From Phyllosticta citribraziliensis (taxonomy: Eukaryota), in contig NW_027117339.1 in NCBI RefSeq assembly GCF_038025025.1, forward strand, positions 1,240,001 through 1,304,000: 64,000 bases of DNA. Direction: 5' to 3'. The translations under genes and the position numbers were made by a program. Positions 1-8,616 of this stretch are shown here, in pieces; positions within the stretch are counted from its first letter, which is position 1; every line of letters begins with the position of its first letter. A model generated the notes under the pieces. That model had not been told where the DNA came from, did not search any database, and saw nothing but the letters and a program-made list of their open reading frames with translations.

Positions 1-1368
1 TCAACAGTGCGCCTAGCCGAGCGCGCTGGCGATGTCTTCGTCTTCAACTGGCCCATCGATAGGCCTTTGGTACCAGGAAAGCCACTGTTGAAGGCTGACG
101 ACGAAGTCTGGCCATTCAAGCTGCACAATGACGCGCTGGAGCACGACGAAAAAGCGGGCATTGGCGGCCGCTGGGCCAACGTTCGCTCTGAAGTTGTCGC
201 GCGTTGGGTCCGCAGGGGCTACCAGGCCAGCAGAGAAGACGACATGGAACGGGAGGTCGCCGAGGACAGCGGCGTGATGATTGAAGAGCTGTTGGCTGGA
301 TATCGCGTTGCGGCTCTGGGTCACCGCGGAGGTGCTGCTCGTCATCCTCCGGTTCCAGAGTCGTCGAGCGATGAGAACATGGATGGTCACAGCAGCCCCG
401 TTGGAAGTGGACGTGATGTGCACATGGAGGTGGACAATGATGGTGTCGCCGCTGGCCTCCAGTTTCTTGGTGATGTCAACGGCGAGGATACATCCAATGG
501 CAATGGCATGGTCAGCGGCTATGGAGTCAACGGAATTGGGGTCAACGGCAACGGCATGACCAACGGCTATGGAGTCAACGGCAATGGCATGGTCAACGGA
601 AATGGCGTCGTCAACGGCAATGGTATCAACGGCAACGTCACATCCAACCACAACAGGGGCTTTACGGCCATCAATGCTAGAAGAGCCACTCCTACGCCAG
701 CCGAACCTTCTTCTGAAGCATCCTCTGGCGCTCGCTCGCCCCCATCGGAGGGCAGCTATTGGTCTACTGACGAAGGCGAACAGTTCGTTCGCGACGAAAG
801 CGACCTCGCATTCGCCAACGGTCGCTTGTGGGCCCACTTGCTTGCGGAGACTGAAAATCAAAAGCGAGGGGAAAAGTCCGAGTCCGAGTCTGAGCAAGAG
901 GAGGAGATACCGTCCGAGCCCGAGTTCGAGCAAGAGGACGATGAGGAATCCGGGTACGAGGGCGAGGAAGAGTCCGAGAAAGAGTCCGAGCAAGAGGCAA
1001 AGGACGAGCATGAACGGAACGAGCATCAGGATGGTCATCAGGACGGTGGGTCCAAAGGGGGCGAGAAGGAGGACGAGGAAGAAGTGAAGAATCGCTATCG
1101 ACGCGACGACGAGGGTGACAGCGATAGTGACGAAGACGAGGAGCAGCCGTTGCTGAAGCGCTCAGGCAAGGGAGAGGACGGTGAGGATGGAGACGAGGAA
1201 AATAAACAGGGTGATGGTGAGGAGGGCGAGCGTGGCGAGACGAACAGGACCCCTATTGGCGGTGTTGTCGTCCGCACACCTCCCCCTCCGCCTCAGCAGG
1301 TTTCGGAAGACTCCTCATCTGATGAGTTGGATCTGAGCAAGCTGACCATGTATGAGTTGGGTCATTGA
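1..1368 (+). CDS. Hypothetical protein, 5'-truncated by the window edge; N/G-rich repeats followed by a long acidic low-complexity tail
   Basis: Frame open from base 1 to TGA at 1366-1368 (>450 codons), coding-like codon usage, E/D-rich C-terminus; no recognisable domain. Confidence 0.7.
   Translation, partial: STVRLAERAGDVFVFNWPIDRPLVPGKPLLKADDEVWPFKLHNDALEHDEKAGIGGRWANVRSEVVARWVRRGYQASREDDMEREVAEDSGVMIEELLAGYRVAALGHRGGAARHPPVPESSSDENMDGHSSPVGSGRDVHMEVDNDGVAAGLQFLGDVNGEDTSNGNGMVSGYGVNGIGVNGNGMTNGYGVNGNGMVNGNGVVNGNGINGNVTSNHNRGFTAINARRATPTPAEPSSEASSGARSPPSEGSYWSTDEGEQFVRDESDLAFANGRLWAHLLAETENQKRGEKSESESEQEEEIPSEPEFEQEDDEESGYEGEEESEKESEQEAKDEHERNEHQDGHQDGGSKGGEKEDEEEVKNRYRRDDEGDSDSDEDEEQPLLKRSGKGEDGEDGDEENKQGDGEEGERGETNRTPIGGVVVRTPPPPPQQVSEDSSSDELDLSKLTMYELGH
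496..645 (+). repeat. Imperfect coding tandem repeat (GTCAACGGCAATGGC-like units) encoding VNGNG/NGYGV repeats
   Basis: Translation NGNGMVSGYGVNGIGVNGNGMTNGYGVNGNGMVNGNGVVNGNGINGN. Confidence 0.85.
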
Positions 1369-2486
1369 GGAGGTATCCTGGATTGTGGAGTGGCTCGACG
1401 GATGTTGTCCAGAAAGGGGAAAGGCATGAACGGAGCGGCAGCAGCGCAACTTGCGTACCGCATCATCTTGCTAACGGTCATTCCGGATACGGTTGAAATT
1501 GGGGGCGGTCGCGTGGGACGCCGATTTCTTTCGCTTCTTCTCCTTCTCTTTCTTTTCTCGACTGCTCTATTCGTTCGGGCTAGATCAGTCGGTCGGTTAG
1601 TTAGTTACTGGTTTGCCTTGAGCTGCATAACTACTCATCTCGGGTAGTCAGTTGGTCAGAAGGGGGCTAGCCAGTCAAGTCTGTAGCAAATCAAATGGAA
1701 AATCGGCCTCTCTTCTTACCTCTCTTGTTTGCCTTACCTCGGTCACTGTCTTCTTTTCACCTCGCTTGCTTGCTTGCTTGCTTGTTTTTGTTTTGGCATT
1801 TGGTAAACCGGGCTTCAGGAAGAGTAGTGTGCAGGTGTCGAAGAAGAAAGATGGTGGTGTGGATTTTGCCTACTTTGAAGATAATGGCTGGATCAAATTA
1901 CCCAAGACTGGTCCAGCAAGTCACGCTAATCACATTGTGAACTTTCAAGAATCGGAATCCGGGGTCCGACCAAAGGGTTATTCTTCTGTACGGGCATAGT
2001 CTATACATCGTTGTGGCCAAAGAGCTGTCTGACGAAGGGTCATTGGCGGCCCAGTTTGTCGATCAGCCATTTCACGTACAATCTTTGCCGCGATGTCGAA
2101 GATTTCAAAGTACTATTCCAGGCAACTAGACCAGTCAAACGGTGCGGGAAGTATGTGGCAGCGAAAGAGAAAAGCAAACAGTACACCAAACTTCGAGAAT
2201 ATCATCAAAAAAGATCTTGCAAACAGCGCGCGCGAAAACTCCAAGGCACAGTGGTCTCTGCCTGTCCCTCTTCTGCCTGTGTATCAACGGAGAAAAGCCT
2301 CCAACCTCCCGAATCTACAATGGCTGCCGACTGCCAGCCTATTGTTTGCCACTCATCGATCAGACAAATAAGAAATGCCCAAAGAATCACTTCTCTTCTT
2401 CTTCAGCCTTCGACAATGCCAGACTCGCTATCCATTCTTTCGCTTTCACCCACGGAAATATCGATCAATCAACGTCAATTTTTTCT

Positions 2487-3533
2487 TCAGGTGAAGGCCA
2501 TGCTCTTCTTGATCTCGGCAATGGCCAACGCCGGGTTGAGGCCCTTGGGACACGTCCTCGAGCAGTTGAGAATGGTGTGGCAGCGGTACAAGCTCATGCT
2601 GTTGTTGAGGGCGTCCTTGCGGGCGGCGGTGCGCTCGTCGCGGCTGTCGGCGATCCAGCGATAGCTCTGGAGCAGAATGGCGGGGCCCAGGTACTCCTCG
2701 GAATTCCACCAGTACGAGGGGCACGAGGTGCTGCAGCAGGCGCACAGGATGCACTCGTACAGGCCGTCGAGCTTGCGGCGGTCCGCCTTGGATTGCCTGT
2801 TCTCGCGTCCGTCGGGCGGCGGCGTGTCGCGCTGCAGGTACGGCTTGATGCTTCGGTATTGCTTGTAGAATTGCGTCAGGTCGGGGACGAGGTCCTTGAC
2901 GACGTAGGTGTGCGGCAGAGGGTAGATTCTCGAGGGCTGAGCCGTCTCGGTGGGGATGCGGCCTGGGGCAGATTAGTCTCGAGAGTCGGCAGTAGGAGTG
3001 ATCCTGAAGAGAAGGTGGTACGTACAAAGGCAGGCAAGGGTGTTGACGCCGTCAATGTTCATGGCGCAGGATCCGCAGATACCCTCACGGCACGAGCGGC
3101 GGAAAGTCAAGGTCGGGTCGATTTCGTTCTTGATGCGGATCAGAGCGTCAAGCATCATGGGTCCCGTCTTCTTCAGATCCAGCGTATACGTCTGCATGCG
3201 CGGCTTGGACGTCGGCTCGTCTGGATTCCATCGGTAGATGTGGAACGTCTTGATCTTCGCATCGGGAGTAGGCTTGGGGTCGGTGACGGTGCTCGTCTTG
3301 GATTCGGGCACGACCGAGGCCATGCCGCGCTTCCACATAGTGGAGGCAGGAGTCGCGACTGCGCACGAGGGCCAGCAGTTAGCATTGTGGCGGTTATGAT
3401 GTCGTGTGGAACAGACGCGGGGGAGGCGAGAATGGCGGGCGAATGGAGGAGAGGGTATTGCAGAAGAGGGGCGGTCATCAAGACACTTACTCGCGCTCCT
3501 GGAGAGTCGTGCCAATGCTCTTGTGGTGGCCAT
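2487..3533 (-). CDS. SDH2: Succinate dehydrogenase iron-sulfur subunit, mitochondrial (3 exons: 3533-3491, 3358-3026, 2962-2487)
   Basis: [73 protein letters not shown]e-S motifs; GT..AG introns with CTAAC/CTAAT branch sites. Confidence 0.97.
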
Positions 3534-3691
3534 GTTGAAGACGTTGTCGTGTGTGGAGACCAAGCTGCTGGAGAGGAGGAAGAAGCGGTCTTGGAAGAGT
3601 AGAGCGAAGGCAATCGTCACGGGAAAGATGTTCCCTCAAGAAAGAGAGCCACCCGGAATGCCCTCGGCAAAGGCTCGATTACGCTTGGGCA

Positions 3692-3711
3692 ATCTGCCGC
3701 CCTCTGATTGG
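3692..3711 (-). promoter_or_regulatory. CCAAT box with bipartite CSAAT-N12-RWT (CBC/HapX-type) site upstream of SDH2; second CCAAT at 3798-3802
   Basis: Minus strand reads CCAAT-cagagggcggca-GAT, about 160 bp upstream of the SDH2 ATG. Confidence 0.55.
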
Positions 3712-3914
3712 CTGGAAGCCCCCATCAATGATGTATTGGACTTCTGATTAAGGGCCTGGCCGCCCGTGCGCCGTGACTGTAACCTATTCGTGCCATGATT
3801 GGCTGGCTCGGCGTACGTGACCATCGGCACGAGTATTTTTCGGAACGAAGCGGCCATCGCAGTCGGATCGGATCGCGGAGCCGCATCAGTTCAACATCTC
3901 AACGCGCACGCTTC

Positions 3915-5036
3915 ATGCTGCGACTTCTCCCTGCTAGAACCCTCTGTCGCGTCTGTTTTGCTCCAACCCGAGCGGCTCCGTCTCTTCTCCGCTTACCCCG
4001 AGTCGTTGCACGCATCCGACAACCGTCTCTCCCGTCATCACCGAGCTTCGCCGCCCTGTTCCACCGCCGTAACATGGCCTCCGCTCCTCTGCCAATCCAT
4101 CTGATCCTCGACTGGGATGGCACCCTCACAGCCAAAGACACGCTGCACTTTCTTGGCCAAATAAGCGCAGAGCACGCCGCCAAACATGTCGCGCCGCCAA
4201 CCTCGTCCTGGGACGACATTGTCAAAGCCTACGTCGATGATCTAGACGCCCATGTCCAGGCCTACCGCCCTTCCTCCAGTGAACGCACCACCATTGCCGA
4301 AGAGACGGCATGGCTTGCCAGTCTGGAGGACGTCGATTTGCGCAGCGTCAAGCGCGTCGAAGACGCCGGTCTGTTTGCAGGCATCACTGCCGACTCCGTG
4401 TCCCAGGGGGCAGCCAAAGCCGTCGGGAGCGGCCAACTGCAGCTGCGCAAGGGATGGGAGGATCTGCTCTTTAGAAACGAGGGCAACCACGGCGTCTTGC
4501 GAGGCAAGATTAGCATTCTGAGCGTGAACTGGAGCGCTACCTTCATCCGCGAGGCACTGCTCCACGCCGCCTACGACACAAAGACGTTGCAGTCGTCCCT
4601 CATGGATGCCGATGCGCTGCGCCGTACCCTGCAGAACATTGACATTTCTGCCAATGAGTTTGAACGTCTTGACCACCGCAATGGTTCATCCGGTCGACTG
4701 ACCAAGGCTGGGGAAAAGGGCATCAGGACCAGCCAAGATAAACTGCAGCGCATGCCCATCCCCCACAAATATGGTGGCGATGAGCTAGTGATTTACGTCG
4801 GTGATTCGTGCACCGATCTAGAGGCATTGCTTGCCGCCGACGTGGGCATTTGCATTCGAGATGAGCCAATGGGTAGCGGCCAGAGGGAGCTTGCAGAAAC
4901 TCTAGAGAGGATCGGTGTTCCGGTCCACCGTTTAAAACTGCTGGCAGAGATGCCGCCGCCTGATGATAGTCGGATTGACCTGTGGTGGACGCCAAGTCTT
5001 GAGGAATTGTCCATGTCACTCGATTCTTTGAATTAG
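3915..5036 (+). CDS. HAD-superfamily phosphatase, CTO1/YCR015C- or TH2-HAD-like; putative mitochondrial presequence 3915-4073, alternative start 4074
   Basis: HAD motif I LILDWDGTLT, motif II ILSVNWS, motif IV YVGDSCTDLEALLAADVGI; Arg/Leu/Ser-rich acid-free N-terminus. Confidence 0.85.
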   Translation: MLRLLPARTLCRVCFAPTRAAPSLLRLPRVVARIRQPSLPSSPSFAALFHRRNMASAPLPIHLILDWDGTLTAKDTLHFLGQISAEHAAKHVAPPTSSWDDIVKAYVDDLDAHVQAYRPSSSERTTIAEETAWLASLEDVDLRSVKRVEDAGLFAGITADSVSQGAAKAVGSGQLQLRKGWEDLLFRNEGNHGVLRGKISILSVNWSATFIREALLHAAYDTKTLQSSLMDADALRRTLQNIDISANEFERLDHRNGSSGRLTKAGEKGIRTSQDKLQRMPIPHKYGGDELVIYVGDSCTDLEALLAADVGICIRDEPMGSGQRELAETLERIGVPVHRLKLLAEMPPPDDSRIDLWWTPSLEELSMSLDSLN

Positions 5037-5415
5037 GTTCACATCAGACATAACACATGTCATGCAAAAGGAGACGCTGTCACGCTTGGTAAAGTATTGA
5101 TACAGAAACATACCCCTGGCACAGCGGCTACCCAGAGAGTATTCGTCCCCTACTACGAATGAATCAACGCAGATAGATTCAGAAAGTGCCATTTGTTTTG
5201 GTCACTCGCGTGAAGTGATTTTGTAGTTTCTTGAAGGCAAAACCTGGCCATACCAGGCTGCAAAACCAAGACCAGAAAGAGAAGCAAAGGTATCAAAAGC
5301 CCGAGAATGGAAATCCGCCAAAACATAGACTCGGCGAGTCCTTAGACCTCAGAGTAGCCAGCCCTACGCCGTGCACCATCAGCACCGTGAAGCAGGCGTG
5401 TGGGACGCAAGATGC

Positions 5416-6101
5416 TCACTTTTTGCCTCCAATCTTGCCGAGCAGGTCCTTGGCCTTGTCTCCCAAGCCCCTCACGTCGTCTCTTTCGCCCCCATGTGCC
5501 GCCCTCTCGCGCTCGATCTCACCACTGGTGCGCTGCTCGGTGTGGCGCTTGGCCTCCAGCGCCTCGTCGTCTGTCATTTTGGTGACGTTGGCGGCGCCGC
5601 CGCGGCCAAAGTGAAAGTTGCCTTCGGGTTCACGGTGAGCGTGGACGGGCGCTTCGACATCCTGAGCCGCGCGCGCAATCTCGGGGTGGGCCGGGTCGTT
5701 TTTGGCCATGTTGCCGCTGCCGCCGCGGCCCGTCGTGTACAGCTGCGACTTGATGGTCGGGGTGACGAGGTCTTCGGGCTTGGACATGGAGGAGCGTCGG
5801 TCTCCCGCCGCAATGTTGCCTGCAAAGGACATGTCTGCGTCAGTCTCGGCCGATCGATTGTCTTGCCGCAAAAACGAATTGCGCGTCCGCCTCCTCTTGT
5901 CAACATGTCTGCGGCATCGGCTGACCCGAAGGTCGCAACCATGATGCTGATCGACGCTGCAAGGCAGACGTTGTTGCGTCGACGAGGGTGAACAGGGCAG
6001 AGGGTGAGATAAGAAAACGCACCTGCGCCGCCGCGCCCATGCGACATGGCGCGCGCAGCAGAGCCTTGGCCGTCGGTCGAGTGACGAATATCGCCAACCA
6101 T
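5416..6101 (-). CDS. DUF3602 / PAR32-like small protein with GRGGAGN repeats (intron ~6022-5820)
   Basis: SHGRGGAGNI, YTTGRGGSGNM, FHFGRGGAANV motifs; GTGCGT donor, ACTGAC branch and TTGCAG acceptor. Confidence 0.85.
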
Positions 6102-7696
6102 GTTTGTAGTGGTTGTTTGAGTTTTGGAGGGTAGTCTTCTTTGGTTTGGGAGCGCTCCCTGTCGTAGGCGTTGAAGACTGAGCGACAGATTAGGGGACCC
6201 AGGTGACAAGCGTGTCAAGCCACCGAATTCGACCGTGACGTTGGAGGGAAGCTACGAGGACCCTGTGACGAAAGCGGACAAGTTGGGCAACAACAACAAA
6301 GGGGATCGTCTGTCTGTCAACTGCCGACAGCAAGGCGAGGCACAATACCGTGTTCCAGCGAAGCCCACAAGCGCTGCTCAGCGACAGCGAAAACCCAAGC
6401 TTTTGAAAGACGGTCCAACTCCACCTGTGCGAGGGTTGGGTGCGGATGCGGCGCACATCATGTGGGGGAGAAGAGATCGCGGGCGCACTTTGCAGCGCAC
6501 GAACGGGGTTTGCTGCCAGGACTCGTAAGGCGTTCGCCCAAAGAGACGGCCAGTACAGGTGAGAGAGCGAATAGTGTCGAAGGGTTAGCCAACGGGAAAG
6601 GCTTGATGGGGTTCCCATCACGTAAGAGTTTGCCCGTGGATGAGGAGCACAAAGGCGTCGTCTAGCCTGCAAAAAGCCATCCAACCCTTGGCCTGCAGCC
6701 TCGAGCAGCTGGCTTCGGCCTCATGACTTCCGCTCTCGCCATTTGCGGGGCGCGGAGTGTTCGCGCGTCGACACGAATGCGGACGTTGAAACGTGACGTT
6801 AGGCGACTGAGGCGTGCAATGATGCGATGAGCCCCAACAGCGTTCATAGCCTCAGGCCCGGCTATCAAGGGGGCCGTTGCCGCGACAGACGGCAACAGGG
6901 TTCGCGGCATTGCCAACAGGCAGCTCGCGGGCGGCGCGGAGGATTTTGTCGCTTGGGTGAGACGACCAACGCGGTGCTTGCGTTGGGTGCGAATAGAGTT
7001 GGGGAGTTGGCTTTGTATGCGCGGAGACCTGAGAGATGGAGAGGGCTGTGATTGCACGGGACAAGCTACAAGGGTCGGTGGGGACCAGTACGGATCACTT
7101 GGGCAGGCTGGCAGATGCATGATGAGACGGCAGGGGATGTATGATCTCCATATTATTCTTCGAAGCGACTCCACCCTCCAACAACACCGTTCCACGTCCA
7201 AAACAAAACAAAAGTACAACACCAATCCGATCTAGAACCCCAGAAGACCAATCTATGTTCCGACCCAAAAAAATATCCCAAGCCCAACGAGTTCGTGTCC
7301 TGCCGCGAGGCACCCGTCTATCTATTCTCCGTCTATTCCCAGGAAAACAAAAAACTCCACGCTATGCAGGCGATCGTGTCGCAACGAGGTCGTCCAAAGA
7401 ATAATGCTTCCAATCAGACCCAAAAGCGCCGCCAAATGCAAGTGTTCTATAATGGTGTCGTCGTCCAAGAAGGCGTAATATCGAATGGTGATTCGGAGCC
7501 AAAAAAAAAAAAAAAAAAAGTAAGGTTGCAGCGAGTGGTGCGCCGTGGGTGTGCAGTGGAGCTGGGCCTGGGCCGCTAATGGTGTGCGGGCTTGTTTGGT
7601 GCCCGTTTGGTCCCCGTGAAGGATTATTCTGCGCAACTGTCAATGAATTGTCCACGAATGAATGTAGGATTCGGTGGGAGCATTCTTACCAATTTC

Positions 7697-7843
7697 TTAG
7701 GAGCCGTAGGGGTCGCGGCTGTTGCCCGGGTCGGGGTCTGCGCGGGCCATGATAGATTGCTGGCCTTTGACGGAACGAGAGGGCAGAGAGGTGCGAGCAA
7801 CGCGGTGGTTGATGGAGTTGGAAGCGAATGCGGCGGCAGACAT
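7697..7843 (-). CDS. Candidate 48-aa micro-ORF (MSAAAFASNSINHRVARTSLPSRSVKGQQSIMARADPDPGNSRDPYGS) with a 3'-UTR intron at 7689-7629
   Basis: ACCACAATGTCT start context, C/A-rich leader, upstream TATATA at 8039-8045, GTAAGA donor 7 nt after the stop, ATTGAC branch and GCGCAG acceptor. Confidence 0.55.
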   Translation of the reverse strand: MSAAAFASNSINHRVARTSLPSRSVKGQQSIMARADPDPGNSRDPYGS

Positions 7844-8038
7844 TGTGGTAGAGAGAGAGGTTGGCGCGAGGTATTAAATATTAGGGCGTCGAGAGGTTGG
7901 TTGTTTGGACGAGTGGACGAGAGGGCGTGTTGGGCGTGTTTATTATTTGTGTGCGAAGACTAAAGGAAGGGTATGCTCGTCTGGAGGCGTCGAGGATGGC
8001 TGGTCTGGCTGGGGACAGGGAGAGGCAGTCCGGGGGTC

Positions 8039-8045
8039 TATATAT
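8039..8045 (-). promoter_or_regulatory. Putative TATA box of the micro-ORF transcript
   Basis: ATATATA about 195 bp upstream of ATG 7843, followed by a pyrimidine/CA-rich leader. Confidence 0.5.
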
Positions 8046-8592
8046 CTGGTCGACAGGGCAGGATAGGAAAGGAAAAAAAGGGCTGAGGGCTCACAGGGCG
8101 AAAGATGCCACGGCGGTTGGATTGTTGAAACGGTCGAGTTATGACGAGCTGCCCTGGCGGAAGCAATACGGGGCGGGCGGCGCTGAGTGTTTTCCATGGC
8201 ACCCAGGCAGTTGAACGACGCTCTGTGCTGCGCCAACATGAGAGGCTTCATGGCATCCCGCGGCCAGCACGGGCTGTGCACGAGTGGCTTTCGTCCGGGT
8301 TGTTGCGCACGTCCCGGCGGTAGGTATTCGATTGGCCATGACGATGGGGCTTCAGCTTTCTCGAATCGTTCCATGATCCCTGTGAGAAGGTTGACGCGGA
8401 CCCGCTGTTGTGCGAGCTGCTGCTGTGCGCTGAGCTGGGTGCTGATGGCAGCCATGTCCTGATCCCGAGGCCGGCTTCTAGAACCCGTGACGTACTCGCG
8501 CATTCAGCCCAGCGGAGCTCCAGAGGAGAGGCAAGGCGCTCTCTGCGGACCGCGGCAGCTCGTAAGGCAGCGCTGAGGGTTTGGCGACGAGA

Positions 8593-8616
8593 GGGATGGG
8601 ATGGGATGGGATGGAT
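8593..8616. repeat. (GGGAT)n microsatellite
   Basis: gggatgggatgggatgggatggat. Confidence 0.8.

Noticed and set aside
13..1038. 341-aa minus-strand hydrophobic ORF
   Set aside because: Antisense shadow of the GAG/GAC-rich plus-strand gene; the hydrophobicity is the mirror of acidic codons
2142..3602. 486-aa plus-strand ORF
   Set aside because: Antisense to SDH2; explained by the GC3 bias of the real gene
7690..7750. HDV-like ribozyme or antizyme identity for the micro-ORF locus
   Set aside because: GGGCAACA is present but the nested pseudoknot/CCUCCUCGC core is not; the +1 frame has no antizyme-like domain
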